A stretch of 64,000 nt of DNA from assembly GCA_021818985.1 (NCBI GenBank), contig JAKASO010000002.1, forward strand, positions 43,383 to 107,382. Reading direction: 5' to 3'. Position numbers and translations under genes: made by a program. This document shows, in pieces, positions 21,194 to 31,058 of the stretch. This DNA is from a bacterium. GTDB taxonomy: Bacteria; SZUA-79; Acidulodesulfobacterales; Acidulodesulfobacteraceae. Each line of letters begins with the position of its first letter. The stretch's first letter is position 1. The notes below the pieces were generated by a model. The model searched no databases and was not told the DNA's origin. It saw nothing but the letters and a program-made list of their open reading frames with translations.

Positions 21194-21733
21194 ATGACAA
21201 AACACATCCCTGATCAAAATATTGCCGTATATCCCGGGTCGTTTGATCCGATCACCTTCGGTCATATAGATATTTTAAAAAGAAGCCTTAAGATATTTGA
21301 TAAAGTTGTCGTTGCGGTTGCCTGCAATAAAAAGAAATTTTATCTTTTCGATCAGACTAAAAGGGTAGAGCTTATAAATAAGATTGTAAAAGAGCTTGAT
21401 GGCATTGATCATAAAAGAATTATCGCAGTTCCGCTTAAAGGGCTGCTTGTCAGGTATGTAGAAAGCATAAATGCCAAAGTTATCATCAGGGGATTAAGGG
21501 CTGTTTCCGATTTTGAGTACGAACTTCAACTTGCAACCACGAACAGGACATTAGATTTTGAAATTGAAACGATATTTATGATGACGGCGGAAAAATATTC
21601 TTTTTTGAGCTCAACGATCGTTAGAGAAGTTGCAAGGCTTGGCGGAGATGTTTCTTCCATGGTCCCGCCCCTTATTTTAAATGAACTCCAAAAAATATTT
21701 TCAAAAGGAGAAAACGATGAAACTCTCATGTAG
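21194..21733 (+). CDS. coaD: Pantetheine-phosphate adenylyltransferase
   Basis: AVYPGSFDPITFGHIDI and ISSTIVREV motifs. Confidence 0.93.
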   Translation: MTKHIPDQNIAVYPGSFDPITFGHIDILKRSLKIFDKVVVAVACNKKKFYLFDQTKRVELINKIVKELDGIDHKRIIAVPLKGLLVRYVESINAKVIIRGLRAVSDFEYELQLATTNRTLDFEIETIFMMTAEKYSFLSSTIVREVARLGGDVSSMVPPLILNELQKIFSKGENDETLM

Positions 21734-22937
21734 AGCTTCCTCAATAAAACCTTCTGCAACGCTTGCAATAACCGCAAAAGCAAAAAAACTTAAAAAAGAG
21801 GGTAAAAATATCGTAAGTTTTGCCGCAGGGGAACCAGATTTTGACACCCCTTTGTATATTAAAGATGCCGTTAAAGAAGCGTTAGATAAAGGTTTTACCA
21901 AGTACACCCCCGTATCTGGAATAGACGAGCTGAAATCGGCTATCTGTGATAAGTTTAAAGCAGACTACGGGGCTGTTTACGAAAATAGCGAGATTATCGT
22001 GTCGTGCGGCGGCAAGCATTCCCTGTATAACCTGTTTATGGCTTTATTAGACGACGGGGATGAGATTATAATTCCTTCGCCTTACTGGGTTTCGTATACC
22101 GAGATGATCAAGCTTGCCGGCGGAGTTCCGGTTATTGCCGATACATCGGCAAACTCGTTTAAATTTGATCTTAAAATATTAAAAAGCCATCTGTCCGGAA
22201 AGACAAGGGGGATAATTATAAACAGCCCGTCAAACCCTACGGGCAAACTTATGGATGAAAGCGATCTGATAGATATAGCAAATTTTGCCAGAAAAAATGA
22301 CCTTATTATAATTACAGACGATATATATGAAAAGATAATATTCGACGACAGAAGGTTTTTTAATGTTCTGATGGTTGATAAAGCCCTGAAGGAAAATACG
22401 GTAGCCGTAAATGCCGTTTCAAAGACGTATTCCATGACCGGTTTTCGCATTGGTTATGCCGCAGGACCTAAAGATCTGATAGCCGCAATGAATAACATTC
22501 AATCGCAGAGCACCTCTAACCCGGCATCTTTTGCTCAGTACGGGGCGCTTGCCGCAATTAAAGGCAGCCTTGATTTTACGATCAAGATGAAGGAAGAATT
22601 TGAAAAAAGAAGAAATTATATGCTTGAATATTTTGAAAATGAGATAAAAAGCATTGTTCCTTTAAAACCCGATGGAGCTTTTTATATTTTTGCGGATATT
22701 TCAAGAGTGTTTAAAGAAAGTGCAATGGAAGAAAATATAAATTCATCGCCGGAGTTTTGCCGGTATCTTTTAGATGCCTATTTAGTAACGGCGGTTCCGG
22801 GCGTGGAATTCGGAAACGATAATTTTATAAGGCTTTCATTTGCAACTCATTTTGATATGATAAAAGAAGGGTTAAGAAGGATTAAAGATGCCGTTCGTCC
22901 TCAAAGTATCAAGGAATATTATAAAAATAAAAAATAA
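21717..22937 (+). CDS. Class I PLP-dependent (aspartate) aminotransferase
   Basis: GEPDFDTP, NSPSNPTG and SKTYSMTGFRIGY (PLP lysine) motifs. Confidence 0.88.
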   Translation: MKLSCRASSIKPSATLAITAKAKKLKKEGKNIVSFAAGEPDFDTPLYIKDAVKEALDKGFTKYTPVSGIDELKSAICDKFKADYGAVYENSEIIVSCGGKHSLYNLFMALLDDGDEIIIPSPYWVSYTEMIKLAGGVPVIADTSANSFKFDLKILKSHLSGKTRGIIINSPSNPTGKLMDESDLIDIANFARKNDLIIITDDIYEKIIFDDRRFFNVLMVDKALKENTVAVNAVSKTYSMTGFRIGYAAGPKDLIAAMNNIQSQSTSNPASFAQYGALAAIKGSLDFTIKMKEEFEKRRNYMLEYFENEIKSIVPLKPDGAFYIFADISRVFKESAMEENINSSPEFCRYLLDAYLVTAVPGVEFGNDNFIRLSFATHFDMIKEGLRRIKDAVRPQSIKEYYKNKK

Positions 22938-22953
22938 AATATTTGAAAACATT

Positions 22954-24245
22954 ATGCAAAGACCGGATAAGGTTATTTTAAATTTCTTAGAAAACAGAAA
23001 TAACAATCTTTTAATAAACATCTTAAAAACCCCCCTTATCGTTTTTTCTTTGGTATTCAGACTTATTGTAAGGTTAAGAAGGTTTTTATACGAAAATGAT
23101 ATTATTTTTAAAGCGAAAGATCCCCTGATTTTTACGATCAGTATCGGCAATATCAATATGGGTGGATCTGGAAAAACCCCTTTTGCTTTTTCTATTGCCG
23201 AGTATCTTTATAATTCCGGTTTAAAACCTTGTATCGTCAGCAGGGGTTACGGCGGAAAGTTAAAAAAAAAATTTATATTGCAGGCTGGGAGCTTGATAAT
23301 AAATCAAAACTTTCAGATGAAGCCCTGTTTTTAATAGACGAGTTTAAGGCTAAAAGGTTAGAAATTCCCGTTGTGGTTTCAAAAAATAGATATAAAGGCG
23401 CCGCCGCCTGTTCCGTAAACGATATATATTATAATCTTCATTTAAAGGCTCATGACGCCGAAATATCGTCTAATAGCGGCATAAATGAAGATAACGCAGA
23501 TGTGTCAACCCGCTGCATTTATGATAAAATTCATAAAATCCATGACAAATACGAAGAATATAAAAAGATAGCGATTCTTGACGACGGTTTTACCGCTTTA
23601 AACATCCGTAAAAATATAAATATACTCCTTATAGACGGAACTAAAAATATTTTTAATCAGTTCCCCCTTCCAGCCGGCACTTTAAGGGAACCGTTGTCTG
23701 CCGTGAGGTTTTGCGATTGTTTCATTATAACTAAATCTATCGAAAAAAACAGGCTTTTAGAATCCGGTATCAGAAGGTTTAATACCGTCAGCCCGATATT
23801 TTATTCATATTATTTGCCCAAGATATTAAAGGGCGGATTAGATGGCAGTGAAACTATTCCGTTAAAAGATCTTAAAGGGAAAAGTATCGTAACGGTAAGC
23901 GCGATAGGTAATCCGGAATATTTTTATAAGAATCTCGGAGATTGTGGGATGATCGTTACGGATATACTTGAATTTAAAGATCATTATGCATACGGAAAAA
24001 AGGATATGATGAAATTAAGGAGACTTCTTAAGAAGAGCGGTAAAAATGGACCCGTCATTGCGATAACCACCTCAAAAGACTATGTTAAACTTCGTGAATG
24101 CGGTCCCGAATATAGCGACATTTTAAACAGGCTTTATTATCTTGATTTTGATCTAAAAATTGATAGTTCTTTTTACGGCTATATTTTAACTGCTTATGAG
24201 GAATATTTAAAGAAAGTTAAACCGCATAATACGCATCGTGCATAG
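22954..24245 (+). pseudogene. lpxK: Tetraacyldisaccharide 4'-kinase, split over two frames at an A10 run
   Basis: The N-terminal ORF carries GGSGKTP and VSRGYGG. The downstream ORF in the -1 frame carries SDEALFL, LDDGF and LPAGTLREP. The frames switch at the A10 run, 23262-23271. Confidence 0.75.
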
Positions 24246-24270
24246 TAAATAATATAAGCTGTATAAGCCG

Positions 24271-25170
24271 ATGAAGAAAAATAAAATCATTGCAATCATT
24301 GAATATATAGCCGTCAGATTTTTTTATGCAACGATCAATATTATTCCTTTAGGTTTTGCATTATTTATCGGAAGGTCTTTAGGGGTAATGTTCTATAAGA
24401 TAGACAAAAGACATACCAGAAACACGCTAAATAATTTAAAAATTGCTTTTAGCGATAAAAGTGAAGAAGAAATAAAACAAATTGCGCTTAATTTTTATAA
24501 GAATCTCGGGATGGTTTTTATTGAGATATTCAGGCTTAATAAATATAACGTGTCAAACATAGATAATTTTGTCGAGAGCGATTTTTCGGAATTAAACGGT
24601 ATTTACGGCAAGACGGGGATATTGCTTTTAACAGCCCATTTTGACAACTGGGAGCTTCTTGCTAAAACCTTCAGCTTAAAAGGGTACCGGGGGAATGTTC
24701 TTGCAAGGCCGCTTGATAACATTTATATTGAAAGAACTCTTTACAACCTCAGGATAAATACGGGGAATTCGGTGATATATAACAGGGAAAATGCGGTAAA
24801 AAATATACTTTCGGCACTTAATAATCACGAGATTGTGGGATTTTTGCCTGATGAAAATGCCTCTAAACGGATAGGCGTATTTGTGAATTTTTTTGGAATT
24901 CCTGCCTGCACAATGCCTGGCATTGCAAATATTGCCGCAAAAACTAAAATACCGGTGGTGCCTGCTTTTACAATAAGAAGCAAGGACGACCCGAGAAAAC
25001 ACAAGCTGATAGTGCAAAAACCGCTTAAAATTGAATATACTGGGAAAAAAAAAGAAGATATGATGACTATTTTAAACATGTTCAACAAAACGATAGAAGA
25101 TATGATCAGGCAGTATCCAGAACAGTGGTTTTGGATACACAATAGATGGAAAACAAGACCTGAGAACTAA
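24271..25170 (+). CDS. Lipid A biosynthesis (LpxL/HtrB-family) acyltransferase
   Basis: N-terminal transmembrane helix, HFDNWE (HX4E/D) catalytic motif, C-terminal PEQWFWIHNRWK. Confidence 0.8.
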   Translation: MKKNKIIAIIEYIAVRFFYATINIIPLGFALFIGRSLGVMFYKIDKRHTRNTLNNLKIAFSDKSEEEIKQIALNFYKNLGMVFIEIFRLNKYNVSNIDNFVESDFSELNGIYGKTGILLLTAHFDNWELLAKTFSLKGYRGNVLARPLDNIYIERTLYNLRINTGNSVIYNRENAVKNILSALNNHEIVGFLPDENASKRIGVFVNFFGIPACTMPGIANIAAKTKIPVVPAFTIRSKDDPRKHKLIVQKPLKIEYTGKKKEDMMTILNMFNKTIEDMIRQYPEQWFWIHNRWKTRPEN

Positions 25171-25270
25171 GCAGTTAGCGAAAAATTAATAACATGGGAA
25201 CACGGGAAAGAGGGATTTTGAAAGATAATATTTTCTAATACGGAATTAAGGAAATAATATAAATAATGTA

Positions 25271-25834
25271 ATGAAAAAAAATAAGTGCGTGTTTTTGGAC
25301 AGAGATGGAGTTTTAATAAAAGACGTAGGCTATTTAAAGGATCCTGCGGATATTATTGTTCTTCCTGATGTAGCCTCTTCTTTAAAGAGGCTGAAAAATG
25401 CCGGTTTTGTCCTTATAATAATAACAAATCAGGCAGGTATAGCAAAGGGTTTCTTTACCGAAGAAGATCTTAAAAACGTAAATAATATTCTGCTTAATAT
25501 ATTTAAAAGTGACGGTTTAATAATTGATGATCTTTATTATTGCCCTCACCATAAAGACGGAACGGTCGAACATTATACTATAGCCTGCGATTGTAGAAAA
25601 CCTAATACGGGCATGGTATTAAAAGGCGTGGGCAAGTTTAATATTGATCTTAAGAAGTCTTTTATGGTCGGGGACAAAGACAGCGATATGCTTCTTGCCA
25701 AAAATTCGGGAATACGCTCTTTTTATATAAAAAACGAAATGTATGAACACGATAATTCAGTTATTCCCGATTTTACAGTTTTTAATCTTAAGGAAGCGGC
25801 AGAAATAATTTTAAGCATTAACAGTGCGTTATAG
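25271..25834 (+). CDS. gmhB: D-glycero-D-manno-heptose 1,7-bisphosphate phosphatase (HAD-IIIA)
   Basis: FLDRDGV, ITNQAG, Zn motif CPHH...CDCRKP, GDKDSD. Confidence 0.85.
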   Translation: MKKNKCVFLDRDGVLIKDVGYLKDPADIIVLPDVASSLKRLKNAGFVLIIITNQAGIAKGFFTEEDLKNVNNILLNIFKSDGLIIDDLYYCPHHKDGTVEHYTIACDCRKPNTGMVLKGVGKFNIDLKKSFMVGDKDSDMLLAKNSGIRSFYIKNEMYEHDNSVIPDFTVFNLKEAAEIILSINSAL

Positions 25835-25945
25835 CCACCCTCATAGTCTTAATTACGAACATAATCTCACCTTTATCGTTATTAGTTACTTTTTTATACT
25901 GGTAAGTATGTTCGTACCTATCTACCCTACCGGCATATTTTTTCC

Positions 25946-25974
25946 TTGACTTGATTTGCTTTTATTTATATGAT
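25946..25974 (+). promoter_or_regulatory. Sigma-70-like promoter candidate upstream of rpsT
   Basis: TTGACT (25946-51), a 17-nt spacer, then TATGAT (25969-74). Confidence 0.35.
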
Positions 25975-26067
25975 AGATTTTATAATCTGATTATTACTTA
26001 TTACTGTAACCAATAACTAATTATATTTAATTAAATTAATTAAAAAATAAAAAGAAATTTAATTATT

Positions 26068-26331
26068 ATGGCAAATCATAAATCGGCAGCAAAAAGGGCA
26101 AGACAGGCGGAAAAAAGACACCTTCGCAATGTTAGCGGTATTTCCGCAATGAAAACATATATAAAAAAATTTAATAGCGCCATATCGGAAAAAAATACGG
26201 AAAGAACCGAGGATCTTTTTAAATCTGCGGTTGCTTATATAATGAAATTGGCATCTAAAAACATAATACATAAAAACAATGCGGCAAGAAAGATATCTAA
26301 ATTAGCCAAGCTTTATAATTCCATCAAGTAA
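26068..26331 (+). CDS. rpsT: 30S ribosomal protein S20
   Basis: MANHKSAAKRARQAEKR N-terminus. 87 aa. Confidence 0.95.
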   Translation: MANHKSAAKRARQAEKRHLRNVSGISAMKTYIKKFNSAISEKNTERTEDLFKSAVAYIMKLASKNIIHKNNAARKISKLAKLYNSIK

Positions 26332-27289
26332 ATATAAGCCTTAATTTAAAGATAAAGTCTTCTATTATAAGACTGCCGGGAAAGCGGGAAGTTTTAAGTT
26401 TAAAATCCGAATCTTCAAGCAGTTCTATCATTTTTTCCAGATTTCTCATAGAAAATCCATCCATATTTTTTAAGAATTTGTTTTTAAGAAAGTTTTGAAT
26501 GCCGTTAATAACAAGTATGTTGTTATAATCAATTCCTGAGCTTTCAAGGAGTTTAGCCCTGTGTAATTTTTTTATTTCAGTATATAAGATAGATACGATC
26601 TTAGCCGGTTCTTCCCCCTCTTTATAAATCAAATTAAAAATATTGAACGCTTTTTTAAAATCCTTTTCGAGAATTGAATCTATTAAATCAAAAACGTTAA
26701 ATGTCCGGGAAAAAGGAACGATATCTTTTATGTCTTTTAATGTGACGGCTTTTTTGTTTTTTGACGCCGCCATTAATTTATTTAATTCATTATCTATATT
26801 GACAAGATTATTGCCGGCAAGCCTTAAGAGATAAAATACCGCCTCATCGCCTATCTCTATATCCTTTTCCATGCACAAGTTCTTTATATAACGGGGCAAT
26901 TCATTGTTATAAAGCTGCCTGATCTTTGATAAATGAAAGTATTTTTTCTGCTTTAACTCTTTTAAGAGGCCGGTATTTTCGTTTATTTTAGAAGAATTCT
27001 TGTAGAATATAATGATTGTCGAAGGCGAGGGGTCTTTCAGATAATTTAACAAGGAGCTGTCATTTAGAAGCTTATCGTCAAAATCTTCAATAAAAATAAT
27101 GCGCTTTGCAGCAAATACGGGATAACTATTAGCAATAGCAAGAAGCTCGTAGGCAGAAGGGTTTTCCAGCTTATCGAAATTAAAATCAGTCTGCTCTTTG
27201 TTTAAATTCTTAAGTTTTATCTTTTCTATTTCTTTACGTATGCGAAAGTCGTCGGTGCCGTAGAAAAAATAAATAAGCGTTTCGGTCAT
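26324..27289 (-). CDS. holA: DNA polymerase III delta subunit
   Basis: 321 aa with delta-subunit-like architecture. Conserved leuS-lptE-holA synteny. Confidence 0.8.
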   Translation of the reverse strand: MTETLIYFFYGTDDFRIRKEIEKIKLKNLNKEQTDFNFDKLENPSAYELLAIANSYPVFAAKRIIFIEDFDDKLLNDSSLLNYLKDPSPSTIIIFYKNSSKINENTGLLKELKQKKYFHLSKIRQLYNNELPRYIKNLCMEKDIEIGDEAVFYLLRLAGNNLVNIDNELNKLMAASKNKKAVTLKDIKDIVPFSRTFNVFDLIDSILEKDFKKAFNIFNLIYKEGEEPAKIVSILYTEIKKLHRAKLLESSGIDYNNILVINGIQNFLKNKFLKNMDGFSMRNLEKMIELLEDSDFKLKTSRFPGSLIIEDFIFKLRLIFT

Positions 27290-27337
27290 AAAAATATTTT
27301 AAAATATATATCCTTTTTATCACGATTACAGTTATGA

Positions 27338-27925
27338 TTATTTACTGCGGTTTAATAGCACTTTTGTTTCAATGAATATAATTATGTTTTTTGCAATCCT
27401 TTTTGAAACTATTTTTAAAGCCATTTTTTCCTGTTTATGAGCCACAAACGGATTTACATAATTGAAATAAGAAGCGTTGGACGTTAACGGAACATTTCTG
27501 AATACGACTTTGCCGCTTGTTTTATATAAGCTGACCATAACTGTTGCTGAGATAGAATATTGGACTGCGGCCGCAACGCCGGTATAAGAAATAACGCTGT
27601 TAGTTATGGACGTTATTTTTCCGTTTAAAAAGTATCTGGCGCTATCTTGATTTGAGGTGAACATGCCTGAGGTTGTATTTAGATAATAGGCTAAACTATT
27701 TGAAAAATAGGCGCCTATGCCGCTTTTATATGTCAGGTTTTTAAAAGGTTTTATAAAAATGCCGTTTATTTTACCGTATTTACCGTAAAGAGCAAGGTTG
27801 CTGCGGGCATGCCTTAATATTGTATAGCCGCAAGCCGAGAGCGTAAAAGCTCCGGCAAGCACGATAAAAAAAAGGATTATAAAAGCTTTCCATTTTTTTA
27901 ACTTTTTTAATGGAGGGCAGTTCAC
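27338..27925 (-). CDS. lptE: LPS-assembly lipoprotein LptE-like
   Basis: Lipobox TLSAC followed by GYTILRH (compare CGFHLRG). It lies between leuS and holA, as in the E. coli order. Confidence 0.6.
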   Translation of the reverse strand: MNCPPLKKLKKWKAFIILFFIVLAGAFTLSACGYTILRHARSNLALYGKYGKINGIFIKPFKNLTYKSGIGAYFSNSLAYYLNTTSGMFTSNQDSARYFLNGKITSITNSVISYTGVAAAVQYSISATVMVSLYKTSGKVVFRNVPLTSNASYFNYVNPFVAHKQEKMALKIVSKRIAKNIIIFIETKVLLNRSK

Positions 27926-27970
27926 TTTATCTTTATATCTTTATATAATATTTAAAGTTATTAAATTATA

Positions 27971-30478
27971 TTAAATTATAATGTTAATAAGTTTATTTTG
28001 GACATATATGATGTTTTTAACAAGACTTTCTGCGGCAATGTATTTTTTTACCTTTTCATCGTTCAATGCGATCCGGAGTACGGCTTCTTTATTGTCGTGT
28101 AAGTTTACCGTAACCTGCGATCTCAACTTTCCATTAACCTGAACGGCAATATTACATGTTTCTTCTTTATAGCCGGTTTCTATTTCAACCAGCCATCCTG
28201 CTTTTTCAATACCGGCCGTGTTGCCGAGTATCTCGTAACACTCTGCGCATATATGCGGAATAAAAGGATAAAGTATTATAACAATGGAATTAAAGATTAA
28301 TTTTAATATATATTTATCAATTATTCCAGTCTTTTCTTCTCCCTGCCCACTTTTCTCATATTCGTTTATATGATTAATCAGTTCCATACATGAGCTTATA
28401 ACTGTATTAAAATGAAATCTTTCTTCCATTTCGGATTTTGTTCTTTGAATGACTTTATTAAGTTCGTTTACGATTTTTTTAAGTTTGACATTAGCGGCTT
28501 CAAGGTTTTTTGAGGTTAAAATCTTATTATCCGGTGCCGGCACGCCGGTATTATTTGCAAAAGAAGAAATCATTCTATAAAGTTTGTTGATAAACCGGTA
28601 TGAACCTTCAACCCCTTGGTCGCTCCACTCAAGGTCCTTTTCAGGCGGTGCGGCAAAAAGAGTAAATAGCCTAATAGTATCGGCTCCGTATTTATAGATG
28701 AGATCATCTGGATCCACGATATTTCCTTTAGATTTAGACATTTTAGAGCCTTCTTTTACTACCATTCCCTGTGTAAGAAGATTTTTAAACGGCTCGTCTA
28801 TATTAAGATAGCCCATATCTCGCAAGACTTTAATAAAAAAGCGGGCGTATAAAAGGTGCATGACGGCATGCTCGACCCCCCCTATGTATTGATCTACGGG
28901 AAGCCAATAAGAGGCGGATATTTTATTGAACGGCGAAGAACTTAACGAAGGGGAAATATATCTCACAAAATACCATGACGACTCGACAAAAGTATCCATA
29001 GTATCTGTTTCGCGTTTTGCCGGACCATCGCAAACCGGGCATTTCGTGTTAATGAAGGAGTCGAGTTTGGCAAGTGGGGAAGAGCCTTCGCCCGTAAAAA
29101 CAACATCATCCGGCAATTCTAACGGCAGATCTTTTTCATTTAAAGGGACAGCTCCGCATTTTTCACAATAAACGATCGGGATAGGGCAACCCCAATATCT
29201 CTGTCTTGATACCCCCCAGTCTTTTAACCTGTAATTAACGACGCTTTTTCCTATGCCAAGTTTTTCAGCTTCAAGCGCTATGCGAATTCTTGCTTCCTGT
29301 GAAGTAAGACCGGTGAATTTTGACGAATTAATCAATTTACCGTCTCCGGTAAAAGGTAAAATACCTGAAGTATTTTGAGGGTCTTTTACGACCTCCGTAA
29401 TTTCTATATTATATTTTTTTGCAAATTCATAATCCCTTTCGTCATGAGCCGGAACAGACATGATAGCGCCTGTTCCATATTCCATTAACACGAAATTTGC
29501 CACATAGATTGGGATCTTTTTGTTGTTAAACGGATTAATAGCATAAGAACCGGTAAAAAACCCTTCTTTTTCCGTTATATCTTTTGAAGTCATCGTTTTC
29601 TGAATAAGCTTTCCAGACTTTGCTTTAGCCTCCCCGGTTTTCAAGATCTTTTCTACCGCGGGGTGAAGAGGGGCAAGCGCAATGAATGTTGCACCGAATA
29701 TTGTATCGGCTCTTGTTGTAAAAATCTCGAGCCTTGAGTCTTCTTCCGTTTCCCCGGCGATTTTAAAGAACAGGCTTAAGCCGTAGCTTTTACCTATCCA
29801 GTTTTTTTGCATTGTTTTGACCTTTTCGGGCCAGCCTGTAAGTTTCTCTATGTCCGAAAGCAGTTCTTCCGCATAATCGGTTATCTTAAAAAACCATTGC
29901 TCCATATTTTTTATGGTTATTTCCTGTTCGCATCTCCAGCATTTGCCGTTTTCCACTTGCTCATTGGCAAGAGTCGTATGACAAGATTCACACCAGTTAA
30001 CACTTGAGAGCTTTTTATAGGCAAGCCCTTTTTTAAACATCTCGATAAAAAAGAGCTGTTCCCATTTATAATATGAGCTGTCCGATGTTACTATCTTTCT
30101 ATTCCAGTCGTAAGAAAACCCTAAGCTTTTAAGCTGAATGGTCATAGATTCGATATTACTATATGTCCATTTTTTAGGATTTGTTTTGTTTTTTATCGCT
30201 GCGTTTTCTGCTGGCAGTCCAAAGCTATCAAATCCGATAGGATGAAGGACATAAAAACCGTTTAACCTTTCAAATCTGGCAATGGCGTCCCCTATAGTAT
30301 AATTTCTGACATGACCCATATGAATTTTACCCGAAGGATATGGAAACATTTCGAGGCAGTAGTATTTTTTATTGTCTTCCTTGGGATGGTCAACGACCGC
30401 AAAAGTCTTTTCCTTCTCCCATCTATCCTGCCATTTTTTTTCTATTTCTATAAAACTGCCGGGATTTTCTTTTTTCAT
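27971..30478 (-). CDS. leuS: Leucyl-tRNA synthetase
   Basis: 835 aa. HMGH (PYPSGKIHMGHVRNY) and KMSKS motifs. Confidence 0.97.
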   Translation of the reverse strand: MKKENPGSFIEIEKKWQDRWEKEKTFAVVDHPKEDNKKYYCLEMFPYPSGKIHMGHVRNYTIGDAIARFERLNGFYVLHPIGFDSFGLPAENAAIKNKTNPKKWTYSNIESMTIQLKSLGFSYDWNRKIVTSDSSYYKWEQLFFIEMFKKGLAYKKLSSVNWCESCHTTLANEQVENGKCWRCEQEITIKNMEQWFFKITDYAEELLSDIEKLTGWPEKVKTMQKNWIGKSYGLSLFFKIAGETEEDSRLEIFTTRADTIFGATFIALAPLHPAVEKILKTGEAKAKSGKLIQKTMTSKDITEKEGFFTGSYAINPFNNKKIPIYVANFVLMEYGTGAIMSVPAHDERDYEFAKKYNIEITEVVKDPQNTSGILPFTGDGKLINSSKFTGLTSQEARIRIALEAEKLGIGKSVVNYRLKDWGVSRQRYWGCPIPIVYCEKCGAVPLNEKDLPLELPDDVVFTGEGSSPLAKLDSFINTKCPVCDGPAKRETDTMDTFVESSWYFVRYISPSLSSSPFNKISASYWLPVDQYIGGVEHAVMHLLYARFFIKVLRDMGYLNIDEPFKNLLTQGMVVKEGSKMSKSKGNIVDPDDLIYKYGADTIRLFTLFAAPPEKDLEWSDQGVEGSYRFINKLYRMISSFANNTGVPAPDNKILTSKNLEAANVKLKKIVNELNKVIQRTKSEMEERFHFNTVISSCMELINHINEYEKSGQGEEKTGIIDKYILKLIFNSIVIILYPFIPHICAECYEILGNTAGIEKAGWLVEIETGYKEETCNIAVQVNGKLRSQVTVNLHDNKEAVLRIALNDEKVKKYIAAESLVKNIIYVQNKLINIII

Positions 30479-30485
30479 GGGAATT

Positions 30486-30947
30486 TTAAAGATATTTAAC
30501 TATTGAAATGAAAAACAGGAAAGTTCCGGTAACGACGCAGCTGTCAGCCACATTAAAACTGGGCCAGTGATAGCTGTATACATGGACATCAATAAAATCA
30601 ACCACATAACCCTGAAAAATCCTGTTCATAAGGTTGGAAAAAGCTCCGGAAATGATCAAAGACGAAGAAAAGATAAACAAACTGGAATTAAGTTTGACCT
30701 TAAATAAGATTATAAGTATTGCTATTGTTATGAAGGCGGTAAGTAAAATTATCAGCAGCCCGGATATGCTTTGCATAAGACCGAAAGCGATGCCGGCGTT
30801 ATCAACGTGAACCAAATTAAAAAAGTGTTTAATAATAGTTATCTTTGCGTAAAAAGGGATATTTTTGTTTACAAAATACTTTGAGATTTGATCTAAAAAT
30901 ACGACCGGAATAATAGTGGCAATTAAAAAAATTATTTTTTTCCTCAT
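30486..30947 (-). CDS. lspA: Lipoprotein signal peptidase (signal peptidase II)
   Basis: Four transmembrane segments, NAGIAFG and FNVADS motifs. Confidence 0.9.
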   Translation of the reverse strand: MRKKIIFLIATIIPVVFLDQISKYFVNKNIPFYAKITIIKHFFNLVHVDNAGIAFGLMQSISGLLIILLTAFITIAILIILFKVKLNSSLFIFSSSLIISGAFSNLMNRIFQGYVVDFIDVHVYSYHWPSFNVADSCVVTGTFLFFISIVKYL

Positions 30948-31058
30948 TAATAATAAATTTAGGTGATTATAAACGATTTGGCGCTAAATTACATAATTTT
31001 TCAACTATCAAATTAAAAATATTATTTATTATATATATTTATATTATGATTTTATATA

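Noticed and set aside
22888-24245. Treating 22888..23334 and 23229..24245 as two independent genes
   Set aside because: Together they make up one LpxK: P-loop and SRGYGG in the first, DE(A/P)L, LDDGF and LPAG.LREP in the second. The frame change coincides with the A10 run. I reported them as a single frameshifted lpxK.
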